Positions 14,854 through 29,800 of a stretch of DNA of 64,000 nucleotides are shown in pieces. A program made the translations under genes and the position numbers. The notes below the pieces were generated by a model. The model had not been told where the DNA came from. It did no database searches and saw only the letters and a program-made list of their open reading frames with translations. Position 1 is the stretch's first letter, and each line of letters starts with the position of its first letter. The DNA lies in contig JAQGDQ010000404.1 of NCBI GenBank assembly GCA_030141605.1, positions 1 to 64,000 on the forward strand, given 5' to 3'. Source of the DNA: Tubiluchus corallicola. Its lineage: Eukaryota > Animalia > Priapulida.

Positions 14854-17800
14854 TGTTTGCATAATATGTTGGAAATGTTGTAATTTCAACCAACGCCAAA
14901 ATGCCAAGGAAAGACAGTGAACATCATTAAAATTCAAAGTTATAATATTGAAACTTTAATGACTTAGCTAAGTGGTCAGCATTTTGCTTACTAGTCACTT
15001 ACCTCTGTCGAGGTTGTTATGACCCTCTGTTCTATGCTGTTTACTCGTGGTTCGATGTTCTCACAGCGACGTTTTAGAGGCTGTACTTGTTCCACGTTGA
15101 TGTTCTTAATCTCCCTCTCTTGTCTAAGTTCAATAGTCAGCTGACGACTCTCGGAAAAAGCCATCTCTGCTTGCTGACGAGTTTGAATTATTTCCTGTAA
15201 ACAACAATAACAAAAACTTAAGTTTTGTGCACATCAATGGGACTTTCTTGCTAGGGAAATCACTTCATACAAAGGTGTGAAGCATTTTAGCAGGTAAGCG
15301 TTTACAAAATACAGCCAGCAATTGCTGTAGCAAAAAATTTAAGGAATACAATCAGCTGTTATTAGAGTCCACTGAAGATGTCTGTTCTTATCCCAGCTAC
15401 AAACGACAAAAACCGGAACCTTGTAGAGAAATGCATATAGATGTTGCTTAGCAGCTTTACCAAAACAACCAAGGAGAAGCATCTGAACCAGTTCAGTGAT
15501 TTTTAAAACTGTGATTGGCACATGAATTACTATCACAATTTTTCCAAATTTTTAGTAATCATCAATTCTTTCACTTTTTTTGGCCTTCAACTCTGAAACA
15601 TTAATAACATAGATGGCTAATTCTGTTCAAATGAACTTATCACATTTCTCAGTAAAAGTTAGCCAAAGTGATACCATTTTAGTTACACAATATGCAAAGG
15701 TGGTTATACTGTTTTACACCTTAAACAATTGTATCAACTATGAATTTTGCATACTTGAGAAAGAACATATGTCAAAGTTAAATGAACTTCGTGCGACTTT
15801 TTATCACTGCTAACTGTATAACTGTGAAATTTCATGTTGAACAATTGCCTCTAAAATAATTTATTTTAAAATTATGTTTTAAAATAATTTAAAACAATTT
15901 ATATCATCCTGAAATAAAAAATATTCATGGTTTGATTAACTAACTCTGCTTTCTGCCATTGTTTGGTTCACAACCTCCTCAGCAAGGTCAGCAGCCAATT
16001 TCGTTGACTGCACTGCACTTGCAACATCCCTCTGCAGATTCTCTGATTGGTCGATAGCAGCACGACTCATATCATTCAGATCACCTAAGTTTTCAAGCTC
16101 TTCTTCTACCAAATTACCAAACTCTGCAAAGCAGCAAAACATCAGAACGTGTGTAAACTTGAAACTAGACAAAATGCTTTGAGTCTTATTTTCGTTCTTC
16201 AGCTTATACAGCACTGACACAATATACCAGGTTTGGTTATTAATGAAGAAAATCGTATTTTAAAATACGTATTGTATTATATTGCCACTTTTTTCAGAAC
16301 TAAACAAATAATGCTATAATTATAATTATAAGTAAGTAGAGCTACAATAAGTACCCTCTTTTCAAAACAACAGTTTATGATCTGGGAAACTAAAACCAGA
16401 AGAATTTACGATGAAACACCCTATTTTTTATTTAAGTTTATGAATCAGTGTAGGCATACCTACCCTCACTTCTGTCTTCAAAGTTAACAAGTATGTCTAA
16501 CATGTTTGTGGCATTCTTGAAGGCACTACTGGCAAGTTGGACAGCCAAAACTGCTCTCTCGTACATACGTTCCCCGCGCTCTGACACTTCAGATGCTAGA
16601 GAATGGGTTTGCTGCACTATACTGCGTATTCTTTCTGTCTCTGTTAACTGAGTGTTGATAGTAAAAGCGAAAGCTTCATTACTTTCCTGTTGTGCAATTG
16701 CCTACAACAACGAAGCAGTTTATATGAAACTGACCATCAGACTACAGAGTGCTTAAACACAAGATAACCTAGTGAGCTTACACAACTAAGCCGAAAATGC
16801 AACTTTTCTCTCTTAATTTGCTGATTTGCGATTGGATGGCAAGCGGTGTTGTATATGCTTACATGAAAATCAACTTTTATGACAGACATCTTCCTAAGAG
16901 TGAGAACTGGGTGCTCTATTTCATTTCTTGCACTGCACTTTACACAATACCAACTTTCAATTAGATTAAACCAATTCTCCATTATCCATCTAGGTAAAAA
17001 TTTTCAGTGTAACATAGACTGACCAATGAAACAATATAGTATAATTATGTTAGCATATTATCTTGCATGACTTCAGAAACACAGCTTAGTCACTAAAACC
17101 TGTGGCTGTTATAATACAATGAAAAACTTTGTTTATTTAATATTTATTTATTTATTTCGAGCATAACAAGATTAAAAAATAACAAAGATTCAGCACAATC
17201 AAATGTAAAGGTGAAAGGCTATCACATGATGTGTAGGTCATCAAAAGTAGTCATCTGTACCAGACATAGCTAAGTTTTATGACAAGTAGCACGGGGTTAA
17301 AATATGATAATCTCTATTTAAGCCTGTGTCTACTGCAATCTTTGTTAATCAAACTTTTTTTATTGCCTTTATGTCTGAGGTGTCATTTTCCATAAAATCA
17401 CAAGCTCACACAAACATAATCAGTTACAAACAGAGTCAGGCCGATAATAATATATATATGAGGCAGTCTGAAAGGAATGCTTTGACAAACTGGTTTAGTG
17501 TCAATTTCTCCTCGAACGAGATACAATATCATATTTTCGTACTGTACAATAACTTGTTCTTAATTTTCTCACCCTATCAATAAGATGGTTAGCCTGACGA
17601 ATCAAACTCGCAGCTCTGCTGGCTAGCCCAAATGCAAAATCTGTGCTAACTGTTATGTCACCAGCCACTGACAACAAATCACTGAACTAAACATAAAAAA
17701 TAAAATAATTATTTCTAGCGATTATTATGTCAAGAATATTTTCTATAGGTGATCATAGATCAACTTTGTATGCAGTATCCAGTAGTATACATTACGCAAA

Positions 17801-20800
17801 AATGTGATGCCACTGAGTTACCAAAAATCCTCACTATTAATGCACCATTAACAAATTAGTGAAGAAAATTAAGCTTAGTATAGAACCAAGGCGCAACATC
17901 AATATAAGTAACAAAAGTACTACATTGTTATGAATATTTGCTTGTAGAACGTGCCTTGCAAAACAACTGTAGAATGCGCAATTTTTATATGGGTGGTACA
18001 CAAGTATAGAGTGAATAGTGAATGATCTAGGCTTAATTCCAGATAAAGCGTATAATGTAAGAAATCACAGATGTGACTTAAAAAATAATTTTTTTATGGT
18101 ACCGACACAAAAATGGGCAAGTTTTGTTGTGAGAAGGTCTAAATGGCATTAGATCCTGATAGATTCTACATTGGATTCTGATTATGGGTGGTAGTCTTTA
18201 CATTCCGCTTATCACAACATTACAAAGTTGTCACAATGTTGATTGACATCTTTTAAATTCACCAATCATTCAAAAATGTATCATGTTCTGACTTAAATGC
18301 AATGTCCATCAGATATCAGAAAATAATGTTGGGTAGACATTAGATTTTATGTAGTAGTTGGCTGGACATTGGTAGCTGACGGAGTGAGCTACATATAGCA
18401 TTCAGAAATATAGGAAATGATGACTTTGGAAAAGAAGTTTATTAACCTGTTCAAAAATCATTACAAACATACAATGCCATCGCCTAACTTTTAATAATCC
18501 AAAATTTTTGTTATTTGAAACTAATAAAATAATTACAGATTATTGTGCCACTAGGGGCACTTTGGCCTAATTTACCTGGTCCACGATTTTTCCGGTGTCC
18601 TCCTTCACTTTTGTTACTGAAGTGTTTAATGATTCCGTGAGATCCCGAATTGTGTCAACAAGTGTTGAAAGCTCGGTCAGCAACATGCTGTTTTGTTCTT
18701 GCATTATATTCGCATCTTGCAGTAGCTAGAAGGCATCAATTCATTATATAGTTTTCAACATGCACAGAATACAAGAATTAAGCATTTCATGAGGTGTTGT
18801 AAGTGAGTGAAATAACACTTGATAGTAGTCAGGATTAAGAATTTAATCACCAACAATGTGAAAATGTAGGTTATCTAACGACTCTAATCAATGTCTTTTA
18901 AAAATGCAAACAAATCAAAGATTACTACAAAAATAGGGAAGTGCCTGCCATATAAGTTATTTCAAAGGATTAATTAAGATTTTAATGTATATTGGATTCT
19001 TCGATCTCCTGGCTTTCAGTTGCTGGTAAGAACTGATACCTACACTGAAATCTATATGAAGCATTAATTAACAGCAAATCACACCTCATCTAATCTCAGA
19101 AATACCCAGACACTACTTATTTTTATTTCAAGCAACTTACTTAACAAAATGTGAATTTCAGAATTCTCTAAATAAGTTTAGTGTCTTGAAAACTGTCAAG
19201 TACCAGTAAAATCTACTTTGTTAGAGATACTTGCATTAACCCTTTTACTACGTAATTGCTTTTTAACTGGGCTGATTTGGTTTTCGTGTATTTCACTATA
19301 ATTTCTTGTGGTGTGTTACTAAATCAGAATCTTGTAAATAAACAAATAGTCATCTGGTAATAAACACTAATATTGAATATTAATTTTATTTGTACATATG
19401 CACACACATCTGCACACACATACATACACACCCACACAAATAAGCACATACATATATTTAGAAGCCTTTCACATTAGTCATATTAGTAATCTATAATATG
19501 TAATTATTTTATAAGAATGTAGAATAATCAACTAAACATAAGTTTCACCAACTATAAACAAGCAATTTTGCATGAGAACGTACTACACAGTACAGTATTG
19601 CACCTGGCTTCAGATACTGATTGGCTGGTTAGCAATACTTGTTGCGAAGCAACTCCAATCCCATGGCTGTTAAAGTTTTCTCTAGTGTTTTTGAATGGCC
19701 GTAGCAGTGAAATAAACAGGCATGGGTGAAATAAACTGCGCTTAGTGCCGAGCTTGGCTAGCAGTGTGTCGCCTTCCATAGTGAAAGGGTTAAAGATTAT
19801 AATAAAAACAAACCAGATTAATGAAAAGTATGGGCATGCAAGTCGCGTCTGCAATTTATTTGCAGTCTTATATTAAGTCTTTATAGAAAAGTAGTCATTA
19901 CCTTCTACAATCATATAACAACATTCACTAATGATATACACAACCCTATACCTCTTCAGCTTGTGCAATAAGTCTGACCGCTTCGGCAGTCTGGTTAGTC
20001 ATACTTGAAGTCATATTTTCCAGCCTACTGATTGCTTCAATGATATTTCCCGCTGTACGTAATACGGTTATTTCTTGAGCATGTAGTTCATTAACGAGTG
20101 ACTGAATTTCTGTATCCAGCTGAAATATCGAGCCTAAGAATAAAAATTCAAAATCACATTCATCAACTAACTTTTGAACTAATAACTTAGTCAATTTTAC
20201 CTGTCACTATGAATTGCTATAAAAGTAACTGCATGATACATATAAGAATGCTGACACTGATAATTATTAAGACATAAGGGTGCTGACACTGATAAATATT
20301 AAGACATATAAGGGCGCTGACACTGATAAATATTAAGACATATAAGGGTGCTGACACTGATAATTATTCAAAAACAATAAGCTCCCACTTCTTAAAAACC
20401 CCAGTATGATGAATAACATGAATAACAGAACACTAAATTTAAGAAACATTAGAACGAACAACCAATATGGAAAGAATTCCATTACTAAGCAAGCAATACA
20501 ACTTTGGAATTCATTAACGACATTACTAAAACACAGCAGTTCTTTATCAATATTCAAGTCTAAATTAAAAAAACATTTAATGACTCGTTTTGAATATCCG
20601 ACATACGAACACGATGATACTTACTCAAATCATAATTTCATTTTTCCTAGACCTAACTAAACTAGCTTATATTTTATTTTTTGAATTTCTAGTTCCACTT
20701 ATAGTTTAGCTTGCACCAGACGCATTTGTCCAGAACAGTGTATGTTTTTAATATGAACTAACACTGATTGTCTGTCTTTTAATATGATGGTCAATGTTTT

Positions 20801-23800
20801 AAAAAGGGCAAATAAAGATTTTACTACTACTACTACTACTAAGACATAAGGGTGCTAACACTGATAAATATTAAGACATATAAGGGTGCTGAAACTGATA
20901 AATATTAAGACATATAAGGGTGCTGATACTGATAAATATTAAGACATATAAGGGTGCATAAAATACTGATAGATATTAAGACAAATTAAAGTAAGCAAAA
21001 TCTAGAAAAAGCCTTAACTATTTACTTAGTTATTTTAGTATAAAGAGTTTAGTAACAAAACAACATAATCTTCTTAACTGCTATTTAGATGTTATTATCC
21101 TATATTTCTACAATGAATAAAAGAATTGCTAGAAAGAGGGGAAAGCTGGGATGTAATAGTCTTTTATTCCATGTAATTAAGTTTGTTACCTTTTTTATAT
21201 ATTATATTTGCTAGTAAATTTCTTACGAAAAGAAGTCTCCAAGTAATATCAATAGGGTAGTATTTTGTACCACATAAAGATTTCATCTCAATTTTGCACA
21301 ACTGTTTTGCAGTGAATGCAGAAAACACGGTAGTATGTGCAGGTAGACAAAACACTTAAAATAAGTAATACTATAGAAAAGGAAATGATATGATAATAAT
21401 TATGTTAAATCCCACGCCCATTGCCAATATAATGGCGCTAGTTTACACCACCTACTACAGACTAAACATACAGTTATAACAATTAGTAGCATGCAAACAT
21501 TAGATGATGTATTTATTGATTTGGCTATAATAAAAGATATACAACATTATATACAGCTGTTACCTCTAAGTAAGAGAAACACTTGATAAAGTGTAGAATT
21601 GGTATCAGCTATACAGATGTCATTGTTATGCATAAATCCTTCCAATTCCAGTAGCGTATGGTTTGTTGCATTTGCCACTGGGGCCACCATCGAGTCAATG
21701 ATATGAACTAGCTCAGCCAGGGATTCATTCAAATTTTTAACATTGTTGTGAACATCCTCGTTTACCAATTCGGCATTTCTAACCTTCAAATTCATGTTTA
21801 TTTTAAGACATCATTCTGTTACACAATGTTAATGTTCCGAAGAACTTTATAGCAAATGATGAACACAGAATAACAATTTGAATAGATCAGGAAAAAACAA
21901 AAAGACATAAAGGGTCTGGATAACTATGAGTAAACATTTGTTTTTAAAGTTACTAAGTCAGAAATATGCTAAAAATGGACAAAAGCTAAAAATGATGTAC
22001 AAATGAAACACTAGCCAAGAGGTAAGTAATCTCCTACAAAAGAACTAAAAGTTTAAAATCAATCATTAGGTATCTCTTACAAGCCCACAGACATTTAAGG
22101 CATCCAAGAATCACATATTTGTGTCAACAGGAGTTAGTTATGTCTTCTACAAGTAAAGCTCCACCAATCTTATAATTATTGACAAACAATCAAGTAATTT
22201 TATAAGGATTACACAGCGAGTATATATAAAAAGATCAGTAATACACTGTACTTCTTTTAATTTTTGGGTAAACGCATCACAATAATCTGAGCAGCTCACA
22301 TGAATTTCACCAAGTCTGTCCAAGAAAAGTGTACTTACATTGTTAACAAGATCCTGCACATGGTTCGTAATACTGCGGAGTCTGGTACGAAAACGAGGTA
22401 AATCAGAAAACATGCTCTGATTGCGAATCATCGCTATGAGTGACGTAAGGTTGTCTCTCTGCTCTTGGAGTAGTTGAACTTCAGTTAGCAGATTTGAGTA
22501 ACACTCTTCACATTCTGCACAAACAATTGCAAAGAAATTAGTAGCATATATTCACATAGCGACATTGAAATTTAACAGCCTTTTTTGACTCATTTACCTA
22601 AAACGAATGCAGCTGAACATGATGTGAGAACCTAGTTAATGAGACAAGTTTAGTTCTTAATCTCTACACTACACCTGCAACACTGTTAACAATTCACCGA
22701 AACAATTCGCCACTAGAATGGTTTAAAAGACTACAAATGGTTTCCATTTTGCCTTTAACGCTGCAAAAGCAGCCTAATGTCACCGAAAATGACTTCTATT
22801 GGGGCACGAAGACAAATTATTATTTAGAGCTCGATAATTACCTACGCATCCACTAGGTCCAAAATTCATGAAGTTCAATTGGCAGCGGTCGCACTTCAAT
22901 CCTCCAACATTCAATTGACATGTACACTGTCCTGTGTCCATGTCACAAGCAATGTCCAACGAGCCAACAGTATCACAGTTACATGCTAATAGATAACAAG
23001 AAAAATTGTTGGAATTTGCAAACAAATGTGGAATTATATGCATAAAAAGACCATTTCCACTTTCCACTTCTCACTTGAATAGACGGACCATAAGTTCACC
23101 AATTTATTCAGTAGCAACTAACCTACTAAGGCCTCCCATATAATAACATGAAATCCAACTTGTAAATTGTCTAGCAATTATTTTCTGCTTTAAGTATGAC
23201 ACCCTTAATATTTACATGAGAATACAAAAGATGTAATAGGGTTCAAATGTTGAGACACAAGCATGACTTGAACAAAATAAAACCTTTGCAAGAAGAGTGC
23301 TGACAATGGAAGTGTATATATCTTGCATTGTACAAACGATAAATTTATATTTGGATATGTATAGCTAAACTTGTAATGCCATTTTTTTTGTAATCTTACG
23401 TTTGCAGCCGTCTTGTGATAATCCATAGAAACCTCGTTCACATACGGAACAGTCTGGTGGCTGCACATTTGCAGCACATAACTCACACTTACTGCCGGTG
23501 GTGCCATTTCTGCAGTTTAGACATTCACCAGTGTACGGATTACAGTCAGGAAGTGGCTCAGTCATTGAATTTCCTACAGCAATAACAGTAATTGTACTAC
23601 GAAGATTATAAAAACGCCCATTCACAAATTAGCTCTAGTTGTTATATTCGTATATTTCTTTAGGTTAGCTAAAGAACTCTTGGCTAACTCTTGGAACTGT
23701 AGTTTGATACTATCATGGCATAAAGAAATGTTATAACTTTTAAATTAAACATTAGATTGAAAGATGAAAGAGAAAACTGAATTCTGCTATCACAAACTAA

Positions 23801-26800
23801 AAATTACCAATGGTTTGAAAGCACCATAATTCGATCGATATGGAAAACCTGCAACATAACATTTCTAAATGATGCTTTGAAGATTAGAAAAGTATAAATT
23901 TTCCAAAATATTTTTTGCAGTAAATTAATGCACAGTCCAATTAAAATTAAAGTATAGAAAGTAACGATAACAAAGACTGGAAAACCAACAATAATTCAAC
24001 ATCAGAAAGATGTGCTAACATAATAAATTAGTAAATTAAAAGTTACATTGTCTAACAAACTGCACTAGGTACTGACAAAGATGGGAAAGGTTGCTATTTC
24101 ATTATTCTAAACATTAGTTTACTGCATTTAAACAATGACTATATGCACATGAGCACAAAAGTAGCGTACATTATACATGTAATACCTGAACAATCGCATT
24201 GTATGCAGGTGTCAAACTGTGTGCCATTTGTGATCACACGCATGTATCCTTCCTGACACGCTGTGCAAGAATGACCCTCAACATTGTTCTGAACCTGACA
24301 ACTGCAGTTCTCTACTGAAGTCAGCATGGGAATTGGATCAGAAAACTCGTCAAACAAAGTCTTGTTAGAGAAGACCACAGTTTCTAAAACCACATTGTTG
24401 ATCTGAGCCTCATCTTGTAAGAGGTCTTTTATAATATACAAGTTAGTCATGCTAGCCAGTAAGCGCTGAAATTCAAAAGAAGTAGGTTGTCGAGTATCAC
24501 TTGTCTGGAAATTATGCTCGTGCAAAAAGATACTAACACGCGTAGGTCGCACATTTGATATCTCGATAGCATTCAATGAATGCCAAGCACTGGTGTTGTG
24601 ACCTTGAAAAATCAGAACCCTGGTGCCATTAACTGTTACACGTCTAACTGTGGACATCATATCAAACATGATATTTTGTAAGTATGAGTATAAGTTATTA
24701 CCAAGATACCTGAATGGGGCGCTAAAGTATGCCAACCCATCCACAAAAGCAACATCCCAGTCATTGGTAGACACAGTATCTATGGTTTCCGGGAAATATC
24801 CAGAAGCAGACTCGCACTCGAAAGCATGTCCAAAACAGAAACAGCTCTGGCATCCATTTGGATTTAAAGGATTGAGATTGAAGGTGCCTGGAGGGCAGCT
24901 GTCGCACTTAAGACCTTCCACATTGGGTTTGCAATAGCATTCGCCACTGAACGTATCACACGTTTCATTCACAGACCCAATCATGCTACAGTTGCATGGT
25001 AGGCATCCGCTGGACGAAAATGAAAAGTAGCCATCCATGCATCTGTCACAATGAACACCATCTATTGTGGGCTTGCAAACACAACCATTTTCTGTACACT
25101 GCACAGACATGCTGCCTTCAGTACTGCACAGACATTGTTCGCAGCCATTACCGGTGTTGTATCCAAAATAGCCTCTTATACAGGCACTGCAGCGCAGGTC
25201 ATTCATGAAGTCCAGACTGTTGTTTAATCTGGCTGTAGCTACTCCAGGCTTGCAAGGACATTGTCCGGTATCGTAATCACAAACTAAAGTTTCAGATCCA
25301 GTTGGCCTACATTGGCATGGTTTGCAGCCTGAAAAGAAAATACACAGGTTTAGTTTTGGATTAATAAATGTTACTAAAACATTTGTTCATTTATAATCAT
25401 AATCTGCATTTGAAAATGGTACTTTTAAGTTTGTTCAAGTTAAACAAACATTTTGTCCTTATAATTATACCATGTGAAAGAACATTATTTTGTTGCTTTT
25501 AAATTTTTGTTAAAACAATTGGCTCTATTGCAGATTTAATTTCATGGACTATCTTAAATTTTCACTGAGTTTGTTTTAGTAAACATACATGTGCAAAATA
25601 TGTATCAACTGCCTCCCACTCTATCAGTCTAAATTTTCAATTAAGGTGTAACAAAGTTTATGACTACAAGTTTTTGCTAATTATTACAACTATTAATTGC
25701 ACACAACAGAGACCACTCACTTGTTACGTACTAACTAAAACATAATTATTTAATGTATGTTCGTGAAAGCTTCATCATTTTAAACTGTACATTGGTGATA
25801 TTTGCTACAAAAATTTTACTAATTCAATCTCAGATTGATGAGGAAAGCTCACATGAAACTCAAAAGAAAAAAGTAAGAATAACAAATATAATACTACACC
25901 TTCACTGCTGAATCCATAATATCCCGGTTGACACCTGTCGCACTGGCGACCTTCAACCCCTCGCTTACACGAGCAAGCTCCGCCCACCATGTCACAGACA
26001 GGGTTTGCAAAGGCAAGGGTGCCTGTAGTATTGCATTCACATGCTAAAAAATGATCAACGAGTTTAGTAGTTAGTCTGTAGACATTTGTACTGATAACTG
26101 TTAGTGCTTTTCAAAACTTGTCAAGTCCAGGTGTCGTGGAATCTTGTTCGAGCAGCACAATGAAATTTATCCAATAATTTAATACAGTAGGCGCTGCTTA
26201 ATAGACTTACTTTGGGACAGTGTTTTGACCCAATTAACCGACTGAACCTATTAACCGATGGGTGTAATATTACTGGTACAGTAGTATGAGTCACCAGCTC
26301 ACTATGCATTGCAAAGGTTTTTAATGAATTTTAGGAAAGAAGTTATACCTAAATTCCTTTGTGCAGTTAAAAATTAGAAAAAATATTCTAAAATAATAAT
26401 TTGTATAAGTGAATTAGCAATAAATTGAAATTTTCTACACTTTTCTAAACTACAGTGTAAGTGTTCAAACTGTTGGTGATGTTTCCCCGCAAGTAGCTTC
26501 GTCTGTAGTTTCGCCCAAGCTCCCGCTTGTTATAATTGTGATGTACTTACTGTACTGTACCTGTGTCCCTGGCATAACAGCAACATCTAACTGATTAAAT
26601 TTTCTGGCAAAGACAACCAGAGCTCCAAAAGCAAACTGCTAAGCAAGCGATTAAATGTTTAGCTTCCAGGAATTCTTGGGTAACGAGGTTAATTGCAGTG
26701 GACGGGTGGGGGTCAAAACAAACCAATAGGCTAGCATAATTAGCCTATGCTAAATGTTCCTGCTTACAAACAAAACAGTATTTAACATGATTGTTTCTAC

Positions 26801-29800
26801 GTATATTACAGGACAAAAGCAAACAAGATAACATACAATTCATGAAAGCTTATTAGTCACACAAAAGTATCTTATCAAAGCACGTGAAGCAAAAATATTG
26901 AGTCAATTATGCACTCTCATTCAAATTTTTACTTCTGATAAGCTTTAGGATTTGAAGTAATAAACTGTGATCTACAGGACATGAATTCTGAAATTTGTTT
27001 AATCAACAACTCAGTAGATAAAGTACAGGCAATAGTTGGTCACACAGAGCAAATCAATATCTTAAACTACGTAAGAAATAAATTGAGCAGTGGAAAATTA
27101 CTGTATCTATCGAGACTGCTGCAGAATAGGCATTCAAGTAAAATCTACTAATTAATACAACAATCAACTGAAGGTTGAAATTTTGCAAAATGAAGCAATT
27201 GTAAAGGTGCAAAGCAGCCAAAACCTGGTGCAGTTCCTCCTAAAACTCCTTCTCTTAGTGTCACATTCCATGTGTCGTGTAAATACTGAGTGTTGTCTTG
27301 ATAAGTCTTTTGATTCGTTTGTGCACATATTTGTACCAGAAATTAGTTATTGCCAGTGTTGGTTCTTTGGAATGATCAAAAAGCATAAATAATATAATGT
27401 GAAGCTTTAATGTCAAAATTATGACACTACTGGTAGTTATTATGGTTACACTGTCTATTAAAACTAAACTGTTTTTCATAATTTCTCATTTGTAAGCAGT
27501 GAGAATGAATAATGTACAATTAACAAGATACACATAACAAGATGTTTAATATATCCTAGGATTGGTGGTCAATTTAAAAGATGTATAATGATTAATTTAA
27601 ATCTTTTCAGAATAGTTCAATTTCTTGCCATTAAATTTTATTTTTGTGTTAAGATCTACAATAACATATTGATGTTATCGATTTCAACAACACTCATTAT
27701 CTTAACCTACTGATCACTTTTTCGACTATTCACAATAACAACATACGTTGAGATCCATTGTGTATTTCAGCACCGAGAGAAAAGAATAATTTGCGACAAG
27801 CTGTGTCTTCCATGGCTTCTTGTCTGGTTGCTGCAGAACCCAGTTTTTCAATGCAGTCGTCATAAATCATCACTTGAGCACGATCTAACATCAACATAGA
27901 ATAAAACCTAAACAGCTTTTAAATTGCAATTGCAATTAAGTTGAGAGGCTGGTATAAATATGTCTGTAACGCTACAGTTAAGCTTAGTTACAAGAACATT
28001 AGCAAATCAACAAGTCAAACAGAATAAAAACATAATTTGGATAACTGCTAGTAGTACTTTCTAGTAAGAAACTCAAACTGTTTTCTCATCAAATATTAAC
28101 ACAAGTACACGCATACATTTTGTACACCACATAATAAATGAGTTTCTTGTGTCAGCTGTTAACATTTTCAAATTCTATGAAACAGAAAAATATAATTAAA
28201 TTTTTAACTAAAAGATTTGTAAAATTCTATAAAACACAAAGCTATAACTATAATCAAGCCCGTAACGCGATGTTTACGGATGTTACGCATGAATTGAAAA
28301 AAACGCGGTAGAGATGGATAAAATTTGTATCAGTTCTTTTTAGCTGTAAAAGGTAGAGCAAAATCTTGAATAGTGAAGTTCGCTAATAAGCAAATAAAGA
28401 GTTAAATACATGCAGAAACATAAACGTACCAGCTCGCGCGTAAACCGTTAAATTTTTAGGATCTGGAAACAAGACGAGTGAATCGATGATCACAGTGATG
28501 TTTGGATTCTCATTTGGAGGAGCAACACTGAACTGTAGCGTGAACTGGTACAAGCACCGTGCATCTAACATCAATGGTTCTTGTGGCTTGGTTACAAAGT
28601 GAGATTTCCCTTTTAGAAATGCATAAAGAAGGTTAATTCAAAACAATCCAAACCTTAATACATAGCATCTTGCAGGTACAGGTGATTAATGTCAGAAATG
28701 ATGGACATTTGAGTGAATATTCTATGAAATTCATTACATTCAAGAGCTGTATTTTTATAACCACAAAAGATGTACTCAACAAATAAAAAAAATCATTAAT
28801 GAACATTCTGGGTGCTAGTCACAGAAAATACACACTCAAGATGTAAAATTGGTGCAGTAGATGTGATGTGTTGTGACAGTATGAAAAATGGACTAATAGC
28901 CATTGTTCTGCAAAGTGAATGTTATTGATTAGTGCGGTTTTGTAATAAAAAACAAACATAAAAAATAATTACACAATTTACAACACTATACTGTCATTTT
29001 AAGGCAGCATATTTCACCACTAATTGATGTATAAATTCATATTAATAAGGAATTTTGTTAATTACGTTTATTAATGCAAGAAAACTTTAGTTATCAGTGC
29101 AATAGGTTGCATTTGCCACAACACATTTCTAATATCATGCATTCACATATTCGAACATCAGCTTGGAATTTTACTCCTTCAAACTGTTAGTGCCACTGGC
29201 CGTTGGTGGCTGGTCAAGAAAAATGTATAATGTACTAATTACTTAAGAGTGCAGTCTCAAACGAATAGAAGATTTTATATATAAAGCAGAGCTTCAATAT
29301 GTGCCTTTCATGTACAAAAAAACTTGATAACAAGGTACCAATAGCAAAATTCAAACTGCTAAGTTTATAATACTCAAACAGGCAAAACTGTTTCGGACTG
29401 TACTGTTATAAATTAAGCATTACAATGCTGCTAAAGATTTAACACCCACCGTATTCTATATCCACACTCGGCTTGCTTTTGCTGCTGCAACATGTGATTT
29501 GACAAAAATCAGTCTATTATTATAAAACAAAGAAACTAGTACCTTGGCCAGGTGCTAAACTGAAAGACAGACTTGGATGATTACGGTCGCTATCACGACA
29601 ACGGAAGGGACCTTGATCACTCCCGGGCACATTAACCTCCTCGGCATCACCAAGGACAACTGTTCCAAAAGATATACCATCCCATTTGGTTGTACCATTA
29701 TAAGAGTAACGAAGTCCGACTTGGTATAGCCTGAAATTCCACTGACAGTTATAGCATAGCCAAAATAGTGACCTTAGAGCCTATAGATGATAGAAACCAT

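Noticed and set aside
19552-19854. 100-aa minus-strand ORF in a laminin intron as an additional coiled-coil exon
   Set aside because: No heptad character and no phase-compatible splice sites.
20239-20983. CRISPR-like array of ~34-bp repeats
   Set aside because: Units are contiguous with no unique spacers, the context is a eukaryotic intron, and there are no cas genes. It is a minisatellite.
24623-25208. Plus-strand ORFs of 104 and 70 aa
   Set aside because: Antisense shadows of the large laminin exon.
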